IMG/VR virus record: IMGVR_UViG_3300037258_000931
Coordinates: 1-64,000 of that record
DNA from: a virus
Taxonomy: Duplodnaviria > Heunggongvirae > Uroviricota > Caudoviricetes
Direction: 5' to 3' (one strand)
Length of the DNA stretch: 64,000 nucleotides
The notes under the pieces were generated by a model. The model did not search any database. It was not told the origin of the DNA and saw only the letters and a program-made list of their open reading frames with translations. Below, one piece after another: positions 52,017-59,584 of the stretch. Position numbers and translations under genes: made by a program. Every line of letters begins with the position of its first letter. Position 1 is the first letter of the stretch.

Positions 52017-52240
52017 AGAGATCAGGGGTCAGGGGTCAGGGATCAGTTAAGAGCAAAAGCAAGTGCAAGTGCAAGAGCAAAAGCAACCGCGGGTCCTTCG
52101 GCTTCGGTCGCTTTGCTCCCTGCGCTCAGGATGACATCTCTGGGGTAGCTCGCTCAGGATGACATCTGATTTACGCGCTCAGGATGACAGGTTTTTGCTT
52201 TTCCCTGATCTCTGATCCCTGATCCCTGATCTCTGGTCCC
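52017..52240. repeat. GGGATCAG-family element, full, at the convergent strand-switch point
   Basis: Core with three gctcaggatgaca boxes; the right arm doubles as the C-terminal coding tail of the leftward serine recombinase gene. Confidence 0.85.
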
Positions 52241-52890
52241 AGCTTCCGGCTGAGAATTTTGGCGACTGTGGCATGGTGCCAGGGTTTGCCGCCGCGGCTG
52301 GGAATCCGGTCCTGGTTGAGCCAGTCGGCGATCTGGCGGGGGTTGAGACCGCCCTCGTAGACCCGGCGCATGCGGTTGAGTATCTCCAGCTCGCCAGGCT
52401 TTTCTCCATAGGCGTGGCGGCCCTCGGCGCGCTCGCCGCGGGCCTTTTTGCGCTGCCGGGCGCCGCGCAGCTTGAGCACGATCATGGCCTTGTCGTACTG
52501 GGCGATGGCGCCGAAGATCTGACGCATGAGCACTCGGGTGGGATCGGTGGAACAGAGATCCGGCTCGCAGGTGGAGATGAGCGCGTATCCGGATTTCTGA
52601 AAGTCGGCGATCATGGTTTCCTGCACCATGAGGTCGCGGGCCAGGCGATCGAGCCGCTCTATCAAAATGGTTTTTGTGCCGTTTTCTTCCAGAGCATTAA
52701 AAAGTTCGGCCAGCTTGGGACGATCTTCCAGCTCGGTACCGCCGGAGATCCCGCGCTCTTTGAAGATGCGTACGATGCGCAGATTGTGAGCGGCGCAGTA
52801 TTTGCGGATGGCGATGAACTGGCGGCGGAAGCCGTCGCCGTGGACCTGGGATTTTCCGGAGACGCGCAGGTAGGCGAAGACGGTGGTCAT
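52171..52890 (-). CDS. serine recombinase (resolvase family); C-terminal tail encoded by a repeat element
   Basis: N-terminal MTTVFAYLRVSGKSQ...with catalytic Ser, RLDRLARD, C-terminal helix-turn-helix; last about 20 aa EIRDQGSEIRE translated from a CTGATCCC tract. Confidence 0.7.
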   Translation of the reverse strand: MTTVFAYLRVSGKSQVHGDGFRRQFIAIRKYCAAHNLRIVRIFKERGISGGTELEDRPKLAELFNALEENGTKTILIERLDRLARDLMVQETMIADFQKSGYALISTCEPDLCSTDPTRVLMRQIFGAIAQYDKAMIVLKLRGARQRKKARGERAEGRHAYGEKPGELEILNRMRRVYEGGLNPRQIADWLNQDRIPSRGGKPWHHATVAKILSRKLGPEIRDQGSEIREKQKPVILSA

Positions 52891-52977
52891 GAGGTTTCTT
52901 TCTGGGCGATGCCCGGTTGGAGGGTTGATCGGTTGAGGTCTCCGATTTCCCGGTCGTAGTTGAGTCTTGAAGGGGCA

Positions 52978-53035
52978 TTGCCTCAGGGGCTAAAGCCCGT
53001 ACCCTTCACCTGAATCCCGTACCCTTCAAGCTGTA
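52978..53035. repeat. CCTCAGGGGCTAA-type hairpin-cluster element, copy 3
   Basis: GCCTCAGGGGCTAAAGCCCGTACCCTTCACCTGAATCCCGTACCCTTCAAG. Confidence 0.5.
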
Positions 53036-53065
53036 GCCGCTTTCGGTTCCCCATCTATTTTGGTG

Positions 53066-53281
53066 CTACTGCCCGGTGTCTGGCGGCTGGTCTATGTCTT
53101 CCGGGATTGCGTAGGGAATGAAGTTGGGGCTGCTGCGGCCGACGGCGTTGGCGATGCGTAGAAAGCTGCAGGCCAGCTTGCTGCCACCTTCTTTCATGGC
53201 GGCTCCGGTGGCGTAGCCCAGCAGCAGCAGCAGCCCCTCGTATTCTTCGCTGGTCAAGTTGACCTGAATGGTTTTAGTCAC
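53066..53281 (-). CDS. small hypothetical protein
   Basis: 71 aa, first of a run of short leftward ORFs. Confidence 0.3.
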   Translation of the reverse strand: MTKTIQVNLTSEEYEGLLLLLGYATGAAMKEGGSKLACSFLRIANAVGRSSPNFIPYAIPEDIDQPPDTGQ

Positions 53282-53531
53282 GGGGAAACCTCTTTTCGTT
53301 GTGCAGCCATCGGGTCCAGCTCTGGGGCTCGGTTACGCCGTCGTCTTCGGGGTCCCCGGCGACGGCTCCATGTTGCTGGGGTGGTGGGCCCGGCAGGTCA
53401 ATGTGCAGCTCGAAGCCGGGATCGTGGCGGGCCACGCTAAGGCCGAAATACTCGCTGCGGGTGCGGCAGGCTTTGAGCATCTTGTCGAAGTCGGCCAGGG
53501 GGAGCTGGCGAATGATGGGGGTGAGGTTCAT
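53274..53531 (-). CDS. small hypothetical protein
   Basis: 85 aa, overlapping neighbours. Confidence 0.3.
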   Translation of the reverse strand: MNLTPIIRQLPLADFDKMLKACRTRSEYFGLSVARHDPGFELHIDLPGPPPQQHGAVAGDPEDDGVTEPQSWTRWLHNEKRFPRD

Positions 53532-53533
53532 AG

Positions 53534-53773
53534 CTAAGCTCTCCGTTTCGATTTCGGTTGTTTGGCGCGGGCGGCGTGCACGGCTGCTTCGACTGCTTTT
53601 TTAGCCAAGCTCTCGGTCACGTAGTCGCCGATGTGAGGAACTTTGGCGCCGCGCAGAAAGGCTCCCCACTCGGCTCCGGGATCGTAGGTGGAACCATCGC
53701 AAACTACCTCCCCGACGATTTTGCCGGATGGATGCTCGACATAGCGATGCTCGGTGCGGAGGACTCGGCGCAT
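53534..53773 (-). CDS. small hypothetical protein
   Basis: 79 aa. Confidence 0.3.
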   Translation of the reverse strand: MRRVLRTEHRYVEHPSGKIVGEVVCDGSTYDPGAEWGAFLRGAKVPHIGDYVTESLAKKAVEAAVHAARAKQPKSKRRA

Positions 53774-53814
53774 CTGCTCCCATGTATGACTGCTGGTCGA
53801 AGTCTGGGTGCCGG

Positions 53815-54066
53815 TTATGATTCGAGGCTCCGTACCTGGTGAGGTTTGGGCAAGGTGAGTTTGCCGCCGGTGCCGGGCCGGTTGGCGGTATAGCGCTGGT
53901 CTTCATGGTTCCAGGTATAGCGCTTGCACCAGTTGCAGCGGGTGGGGAGGGTGGCGTCTTTAGACTCCCACGGGCGCGGCTTGCCGGTCTTGGGATCGCG
54001 GCCGGGGCAGCCGGGGAGCAGGCAGGTGCAGACCCATACGGTTTTCTTTTTCTTGAACGCAGGCAT
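53815..54066 (-). CDS. small Cys-rich zinc-ribbon protein
   Basis: 83 aa; CTCLLPGCPG...CNWCKRY. Confidence 0.35.
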   Translation of the reverse strand: MPAFKKKKTVWVCTCLLPGCPGRDPKTGKPRPWESKDATLPTRCNWCKRYTWNHEDQRYTANRPGTGGKLTLPKPHQVRSLES

Positions 54067-54094
54067 GATTTGGGGCTCCTATCAAAGCAGTTTT

Positions 54095-54152
54095 CAGAGA
54101 ACAGAGAACAGGGATCAGGTTTCAGGGAACAGGGGTCAGGGGTTAGAGATCG
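54095..54152. repeat. GGGATCAG-family solo left arm (degenerate)
   Basis: cagagaacagagaacagggatcaggtttcagggaacaggggtcaggggttagagatcgg. Confidence 0.6.
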
Positions 54153-54358
54153 GTTTTAGCATGCGCCGGGGGCAGGTATTGGCCGGAAGATTCGAGCAGT
54201 ACGGTAGCCTGCAAGGCGGTGGCGAGGTCGGGACGGAAACACATGACTTCGCCGCGCAGCCGGTCGCGCACCACGTAGCTTGCCCCCAGTGGTTCTACGG
54301 TGAAGTGAAGGGTGCCGGTTATGGGCGCGGATTCTGGGGAAGATCTGGGATTACTCAT
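54143..54358 (-). CDS. small hypothetical protein
   Basis: 72 aa from the internal ATG of the 113-aa track ORF. Confidence 0.3.
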   Translation of the reverse strand: MSNPRSSPESAPITGTLHFTVEPLGASYVVRDRLRGEVMCFRPDLATALQATVLLESSGQYLPPAHAKTDL

Positions 54359-54591
54359 TGGCTTTGATCCTTTCCGCTCCGGGCAGCGGCGGCGCCCTTG
54401 AAGCAGCCTTCGTGGGCGCGGGCTCCGTAGCCACGGTCGCGGAACTGCTGGCCAAGGGTGATGGGTTGGGCGCACAAGACGCACTCGTGCAGGGTGCGGC
54501 AGGTGCGCAGGGGAGCGAGCGCCAGGCGGTTGATCATCTTCTGGCGTTGGCGGCCGGCTTCACGGCTGGCGGACTGGGCGGCGTAGGGCAT
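54355..54591 (-). CDS. small hypothetical protein
   Basis: 79 aa from the second ATG; ATGA overlap with the downstream gene; lies just downstream of promoter motif P1. Confidence 0.3.
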   Translation of the reverse strand: MPYAAQSASREAGRQRQKMINRLALAPLRTCRTLHECVLCAQPITLGQQFRDRGYGARAHEGCFKGAAAARSGKDQSQ

Positions 54592-54601
54592 GGTGTCTCC
54601 T

Positions 54602-54630
54602 ATTGTCTCGTTTTGCCACTGCGGTGTCAA
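54602..54630 (-). promoter_or_regulatory. conserved leftward promoter/operator motif P1 (TTGACA-CCGCAGTGGCAAAACGA-GACAAT)
   Basis: The plus strand reads TTTTGCCACTGCGGTGTCAAT; one of three near-identical copies. Confidence 0.4.
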
Positions 54631-54694
54631 TGTGTCCAGTGCACAGCCGGCAGTGAACAGCGACCGGTTTCCGGTGTTGGTCCGGCTATCAAGC

Positions 54695-54741
54695 CAGGGG
54701 TCAGGGATCAGGTTTCAGGTTTCAGGGATCAGGGATCAGGC
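54695..54741. repeat. GGGATCAG-family solo left arm preceded by the GGTCCGGCTATCAAG motif
   Basis: ccaggggtcagggatcaggtttcaggtttcagggatcagggatcagg. Confidence 0.7.
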
Positions 54742-55506
54742 GTAGATGCCGCGCCAGCCGCGCGGGGATTGGATGCTGAGCATGCGGCTGCCGAGCGCCG
54801 GACACTCGCGGCGAATCTCCTGGGTATAGATTTCGTCACCGACCTGCCAGCGGGCGACCTGAACCGGCTGCTCGATGAGCGCGCTTCCCCACTTGGAGCG
54901 GAGAAACCGGCGTATCTCGACAAGACGTTTACCGGTGTGCCGAGTGGCCCAGAGGTGGCCGCATTTGTAGCCCAGCCGGCGCGCGCCTCCACTGCTTTCA
55001 AAGTGCCAGGCGCCGTGCAGGAGCCGGTCGAGTTCCGGCGCGCGATCGATCCAGCGGTAATCGCCGTCGCCCCAGGCGGCCATCCAGAAGACGGTCCACT
55101 GGGCCGGGATTACGGCGGGGATGTTCATGTCGGAATAGTTGCCACGAATGCGGCCGCTGAAGTCGAGCGCCAGGCCGTAACGGATCAAGGCCAGGTCATC
55201 GGCGTCGAACCGTTCGAGATCGCGGCGGCGGCGCAGGATGTGAGAGCTGTTGAACTGCTCGGGGCGCAGACCGGAGACGTGGATGTGAGGATTGTGGCGA
55301 CGGCGATAAAGGCCGTCTCCGATGACTCCGAGGCGGTCTACGGCGACGACGGCCCGGCGATTGTAGCCGTTGGCCTGGGCGTCGATGACCAGGGCGCAGG
55401 GAGCCGGGTAGTATTTGCTCTTGGAGCGCAGCTCGAAGACGCGGCCTTCTGCGATTTGAGAGCGCCAGGATGGACGATGCGGGATGGGGCTGATTGTGGA
55501 CGGCAT
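54736..55506 (-). CDS. hypothetical protein
   Basis: 256 aa, ordinary composition; the 439-aa opposite-strand ORF is Gly/Ala-rich and rejected. Confidence 0.4.
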   Translation of the reverse strand: MPSTISPIPHRPSWRSQIAEGRVFELRSKSKYYPAPCALVIDAQANGYNRRAVVAVDRLGVIGDGLYRRRHNPHIHVSGLRPEQFNSSHILRRRRDLERFDADDLALIRYGLALDFSGRIRGNYSDMNIPAVIPAQWTVFWMAAWGDGDYRWIDRAPELDRLLHGAWHFESSGGARRLGYKCGHLWATRHTGKRLVEIRRFLRSKWGSALIEQPVQVARWQVGDEIYTQEIRRECPALGSRMLSIQSPRGWRGIYA

Positions 55507-55540
55507 GATGGGCCTTTCTGGTTTTTGGTCCGGCTATCAA

Positions 55541-55690
55541 GACAGAGAACAGGGGTCAGGGGTCAGGGATCAGTTAAGGGCAAGTGCAAGAGCAAAAGCA
55601 ACCTCAGGTTCTTCGACTCCGGTCGCTTTGCTCCCTGCGCTCAGGATGACAGGCTTTTGCTTTTCTCTGACCCCTGACCCCTGATCCCTG
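55541..55690. repeat. GGGATCAG-family element, full (same orientation as all others although in the leftward gene block)
   Basis: Canonical arms and core; preceded by TTTTTGGTCCGGCTATCAAG. Confidence 0.85.
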
Positions 55691-55701
55691 CAAACTGCTT
55701 T

Positions 55702-56997
55702 TCAGATGCGCATGGGCATGAGCACGTAGCTGTAGCCGGGGATGGCCTCGGTTTCAAACAGGATGGCATTCTGGGCGTCTTTCATGCGCAGGGTGACCGG
55801 GTTTTTGCCGGCGGTTTTGAGAAAGTCGAGCACGTACTCGGAAGACAGGCCGGTGACGATCTCCGGGGCTGTCTGCGAATCGCTCTGCGGAGAAGTGGTT
55901 TTAGTGTCATGGGTGATGCTGGCCGGGACTTTGGCGGTGGCTTTGCCGGTCTCAGTGGATTGGGCGGAGAGAATGCAGGAGCCGTTGACCCGCCAGGTCA
56001 CAGCTCCGCTGCGCTCGTCGGCCATGCGCGCGACTTTGGCCAGGGATTTAGCCAGCTCATCGGCGGCGGGGAAGAGGGCGACGGTGTGCAGCGCATCGCG
56101 GCGGGGCATGACGGCTTCAAAGTTGGGGAACTGGCCAGCCAGCTTGCGGTTGATGAGGGTGGTACGGAGTTCGGGAACCTCCCAGAAAGCGGAGTCCTGC
56201 GTGAAGGCGATGGCCACGGGCTGCTTGCCTACGGATTTGGCCAGCCAGGCTAGGGCACAGGTGGGAATAAGGGTCTGGCAGTCGGGAGCGGCGATCTCGT
56301 GGCGGGCGAGGGCCAGGCGATTGCCGTCGGTGCCGACCAGGCTGAGTTCAGAGTTGGCCACGCGGAGCAGCGCGCCGTTGAGGGTGTAACGGGATTCCTC
56401 GTGGGAGATGGCGAAGCGGATACGGGCCAGCATCTCTTTGAGGGTGGTGCCGGAGACGGCGAAGGTTGGTTCGGGGATCTCGGGATGCTGGGGGAAGCTG
56501 TCCGGCTTCACGATGGGCAGGTCATAGAGGCAACCGCCGCCGCCTTCTTCAGGGCCGACCTGCATAGACAGAGTGGTTGTGACGCGCTGCTTTTCGATCT
56601 CGGGGCCGGGGACGTACTTGTCGTCGACGTACTGGCCGCGCTCCAACTCGGTATAAGTCTCGGTAGTTTCGACCAGCGAGAGCGTGACCAGGCCGGTTTC
56701 GCCCTTGAGCAGCATGAGCACGGTCTGGTGGGGAAGCAGGATGGGCTGGTCGGTTTCGAGGGCCGCCTCGACTTCGGTAATGGCCCACAGGTCAAGATCG
56801 GTGGAGAGCACGCGCAGGCCGGCGGGGCTGGGTTCGAGCTGGACGTGAGTCAAAACGGGGATGGTGGTTTTCTTTTCGGTGACGGCGATGTCGAGGGCGG
56901 CGCGCAGCGCGGCGGCCGGTACCAGGATGCGCTGCAGGATCGCGGTTTGGGAATTGGAGGTTTGGTTCGAGGCGGTGGTTTGGGTGCTGGAGGTCAT
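55702..56997 (-). CDS. dnaN: DNA polymerase III beta sliding clamp
   Basis: N-terminal ILQRILVPAAALRAALDIAV....IPVLTHVQLE...LRVLSTDLDL aligns with the DnaN N-terminal domain; about 370-aa core plus a Thr/Ser/Gln-rich N-terminal extension. Confidence 0.7.
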   Translation of the reverse strand: MTSSTQTTASNQTSNSQTAILQRILVPAAALRAALDIAVTEKKTTIPVLTHVQLEPSPAGLRVLSTDLDLWAITEVEAALETDQPILLPHQTVLMLLKGETGLVTLSLVETTETYTELERGQYVDDKYVPGPEIEKQRVTTTLSMQVGPEEGGGGCLYDLPIVKPDSFPQHPEIPEPTFAVSGTTLKEMLARIRFAISHEESRYTLNGALLRVANSELSLVGTDGNRLALARHEIAAPDCQTLIPTCALAWLAKSVGKQPVAIAFTQDSAFWEVPELRTTLINRKLAGQFPNFEAVMPRRDALHTVALFPAADELAKSLAKVARMADERSGAVTWRVNGSCILSAQSTETGKATAKVPASITHDTKTTSPQSDSQTAPEIVTGLSSEYVLDFLKTAGKNPVTLRMKDAQNAILFETEAIPGYSYVLMPMRI

Positions 56998-57043
56998 GGC
57001 GGGTCTCTTCTCTGCGGCGGGGCCGCGGTTGATGGGTTAGTAG

Positions 57044-57110
57044 TCAGAAATCAGGGTTCAGGGATCAGGGATCAGAGATCAGGGATCAGAGATCAGGGAT
57101 CAGAGATCAG
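57044..57110. repeat. GGGATCAG-family solo left arm (about 8 units)
   Basis: gggttcagggatcagggatcagagatcagggatcagagatcagggatcagagatcag; followed by GCGCGCTATCAAG. Confidence 0.75.
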
Positions 57111-57149
57111 AACCCCGAATTGGGCGCGCTATCAAGTAGTGAAGACCAG

Positions 57150-57497
57150 TTATCGCAAGACTAGGCAGTCGGTATATTGGCGCTGGGTTGCCGGATAGGG
57201 AGTGCCGAAGGCCCAGGCAAAGTCGTGAATGACCGACGCGTTGACAGCCGTGCCGGCGGCGAGGTCGGGGCCCATGAACACGTGGAGAGTGGTACTGCTG
57301 TGATTGGCCACGCACAGGGCCGACGCGGCCTGATCGGGAGCGGGCAGCGCGACGGTGGTGGAGGGTTGGGCCGGCGACTGCGAGCCGCGATGCGGCAACG
57401 CGATTCTAGGCAGCGACGGGAGAATGCAGATGGCCAGGAATATGGCCACGGTGAGGGCCGCCGCGCGGGGCGTTATGCGATTCAGGACGGGAGGCAT
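57150..57497 (-). CDS. small secreted protein (signal peptide)
   Basis: Hydrophobic N-terminal leader AAALTVAIFLAICILPSLP; 115 aa. Confidence 0.35.
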   Translation of the reverse strand: MPPVLNRITPRAAALTVAIFLAICILPSLPRIALPHRGSQSPAQPSTTVALPAPDQAASALCVANHSSTTLHVFMGPDLAAGTAVNASVIHDFAWAFGTPYPATQRQYTDCLVLR

Positions 57498-57764
57498 GGG
57501 TTTTTCTTTCTAGGCGCGGGGCGCCGGTTGATGGTGAGCGGTTGGGACTAGGCGAAGAATGCGGCCAGGTCAACGGGAGCGGGTGGGGGAGTTGGTCCTT
57601 ATGGGTTGATGGTTACAGCCTATTTGCGGGTCTGCCAGCAGACGCAGAAGCGACCGGACTCAGTTGGGGTTAAACGCGCCCACGGGACATCGGCTCCGAG
57701 CGTCCAGAAAAATTGCTCGGCATCCGCTCGGTTATCGAAGAATCGGGTTTGGCGAAGATGGCGA

Positions 57765-58007
57765 TTACTCATTCAGATTTTCCTGATGCGGCGTGGAACG
57801 GACGATTGCGAAGTCGCGGCGCACGATCACAGACGTAGTGCCGTCGCCGGGACCGTACAGATAGGTGTTGGGGAACGGGGAAGCGTAGCGAGAGTTTCCC
57901 GCATACTCTGCAGCGGCCTGCATGGCGGCCTCTTTAGACGGGAACTCCTTTTCAGTATCGCTATTCAGAAAATGGCAGCTCCAAGTATCTGCGTAGACGA
58001 CTGTCAA
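57765..58007 (-). CDS. small hypothetical protein
   Basis: 80 aa. Confidence 0.3.
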   Translation of the reverse strand: MTVVYADTWSCHFLNSDTEKEFPSKEAAMQAAAEYAGNSRYASPFPNTYLYGPGDGTTSVIVRRDFAIVRSTPHQENLNE

Positions 58008-58016
58008 GAGTCACCT

Positions 58017-58529
58017 CTACTTTCTGACCTGCAGAGCGCAGGCGGCGGATACGGCGTTGATGAAGACCAGCACGGCCAGTGCGGCCAGGGAGAGCGCGCG
58101 GGTGTGGCCAAAGGTAAGAATACCTTCCAGCAGGACGCAGAAGCCCGATGCTTTGAAGGCGTTGCCGAAGGCCGCTTGTCCCCACTGGAAGACGGTTAAA
58201 GCGCTGTACAGGAGACCGCCGCCGACCAGCAGCCACAGAGCGGGCATGGCCGCCACTTCAAGATGGACGATAGTCCAGGTGGCGACCGGGACAAAGCCGC
58301 CGATGACCAGGCCGATGAATCCGGCCAGCCGCGCTCCGGGAAGGAATGCGCGTTTGACCTGATGGATGACGGTCAGCCTATCAAACTGGGCAGTGCTGAT
58401 GGTGATCTGGGCGGGGCCGGGGCGGCGCGGGGAGTTGGCTGGCCGGGCCGAACCGGAGCGGCGTTTGGATCGGGGCCGCAGCGGGGCCGGGGCGGTGAGT
58501 TCGCGGGGAGCGGTGACAAGGGTTGCCAT
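58017..58529 (-). CDS. hypothetical membrane protein
   Basis: 170 aa; four predicted hydrophobic helices; preceded by the conserved leader CCAACCGGGCATCGCCCAGAAAGAA. Confidence 0.4.
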   Translation of the reverse strand: MATLVTAPRELTAPAPLRPRSKRRSGSARPANSPRRPGPAQITISTAQFDRLTVIHQVKRAFLPGARLAGFIGLVIGGFVPVATWTIVHLEVAAMPALWLLVGGGLLYSALTVFQWGQAAFGNAFKASGFCVLLEGILTFGHTRALSLAALAVLVFINAVSAACALQVRK

Positions 58530-58561
58530 AGAGCCGGTTCTTTCTGGGCGATGCCCGGTTG

Positions 58562-58622
58562 GGAGATCAGGGATCAGTTATCAGAGATCAGAGATCAGAG
58601 ATCAGGGGTCAGGGGTCAGGGA
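58562..58622. repeat. GGGATCAG-family solo left arm in the leader between P2 and the 58529 start codon
   Basis: gggagatcagggatcagttatcagagatcagagatcagagatcaggggtcaggggtcaggg. Confidence 0.75.
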
Positions 58623-58640
58623 AAAGCTACGACTGGAATC

Positions 58641-58669
58641 AGCGTAACGCATTGTCACTGCGGTGTCAA
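58641..58669 (-). promoter_or_regulatory. conserved leftward promoter/operator motif P2 (TTGACA-CCGCAGTGACAATGCGT-TACGCT)
   Basis: The plus strand reads CATTGTCACTGCGGTGTCAAT; good -35/-10 spacing of 17 nt. Confidence 0.45.
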
Positions 58670-58715
58670 TAGAATTCTGGTGATCTGGTTACCCTTTTTG
58701 GTCCGGCTATCAAGC

Positions 58716-58752
58716 CAGGGGTCACGGAACAGAGATCGGAGATCAGTTGTCG
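58716..58752. repeat. GGGATCAG-family solo left arm (degenerate) preceded by the GGTCCGGCTATCAAG motif
   Basis: ccaggggtcacggaacagagatcggagatcagttgtcgggg. Confidence 0.55.
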
Positions 58753-59105
58753 GGGCTGGGCTCCGGCGCTTGCTCGTCGGCAAAAAATCCGGGTGCGATC
58801 TGGTCCAGCTTGGCTTGCAGCTCGTCGGCAAAGGCGCTGGCGTCGTCTCCGGCCCAGTCCGCCGGGTTTTCGCCTGCCGCGCAAGCGTCACAATTGCAGG
58901 TACAGGAGCCGGTGCCGGTGCGATAGAGACTGGCCAGGCTGCCGTCGTCCCGTTGCAGCCAGGTATTGGAGTCGGGTTGAGCGTCCCAGAAGACATCGCC
59001 ATCGGAGTCGACGTACAGAGTCTCGATCATGCGCTCATGCTGCTTGATGGCGGCGGCGGCGGATTCCTCGGCGAGTTTTTCGCTGACTTGCTCACGGATG
59101 GTCAT
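58743..59105 (-). CDS. hypothetical acidic protein
   Basis: 120 aa; CTCNCDAC motif. Confidence 0.35.
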   Translation of the reverse strand: MTIREQVSEKLAEESAAAAIKQHERMIETLYVDSDGDVFWDAQPDSNTWLQRDDGSLASLYRTGTGSCTCNCDACAAGENPADWAGDDASAFADELQAKLDQIAPGFFADEQAPEPSPDN

Positions 59106-59157
59106 ACTGCTTTTCCTTTCCGGTGCGGTTGCGGGTTTTTGGTCCGGCTATCAAGAC

Positions 59158-59203
59158 GGGGATCAGAGAACAGGTTTCAGGGATCAGGGATCAGGGATCA
59201 GAG
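59158..59203. repeat. GGGATCAG-family solo left arm preceded by the GGTCCGGCTATCAAG motif
   Basis: gggatcagagaacaggtttcagggatcagggatcagggatcagagg. Confidence 0.7.
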
Positions 59204-59491
59204 GGCGGGGCGGGGCGCGTGGCGGATGGCCCAGCCATAGCCGCAGGTGAGGCTACAGAAACGGTTGTCGCCGTAACCGCCATAGGTGCCCTTGAACTGC
59301 TTCGGGTTGGCCTTGCTCCAGGCGCGTTTAGCCTGCGGGTTGCCGTAGACCGCGAAGGGCATTTCGGGGTTGCGGTAGTTGGGGCGGAGTTCTTTGCGGC
59401 AGAACAGGCAGAGCGGGCGCTGGCCGGTGGGCGCGGGGCCAGGCGCGGGGGAAGCCGTTTCGGGCATGTTTTCGGGCCGGTTTTCGGGCAT
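59198..59491 (-). CDS. small zinc-ribbon protein
   Basis: 97 aa; CLFC...CSLTC. Confidence 0.35.
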   Translation of the reverse strand: MPENRPENMPETASPAPGPAPTGQRPLCLFCRKELRPNYRNPEMPFAVYGNPQAKRAWSKANPKQFKGTYGGYGDNRFCSLTCGYGWAIRHAPRPAL

Positions 59492-59584
59492 GGGCGGGAT
59501 CTCCTGAAAAGCGTTTGCAGGGTGATAGGTTTGGCGCTCCGGAGTCTAGGTTCTGGACTCCGGAAGGGTTTGCAGTTTCGGGGT

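Noticed and set aside
54358-55677. 439-aa ORF on the plus strand
   Set aside because: Gly/Ala-rich (AGAQG..., GDVDVRIVATN...) antisense translation of the leftward genes 54355-54591 and 54736-55506, which have normal composition and operon-like ATGA overlaps.
56299-57198. 299-aa ORF on the plus strand
   Set aside because: Antisense to dnaN; poly-Gly/Asp/Glu low complexity.
57606-58199. 197-aa ORF on the plus strand
   Set aside because: Overlaps the leftward ORFs 57765-58007 and 58017-58529; composition atypical (Cys/Gln/Arg-rich); no RBS.
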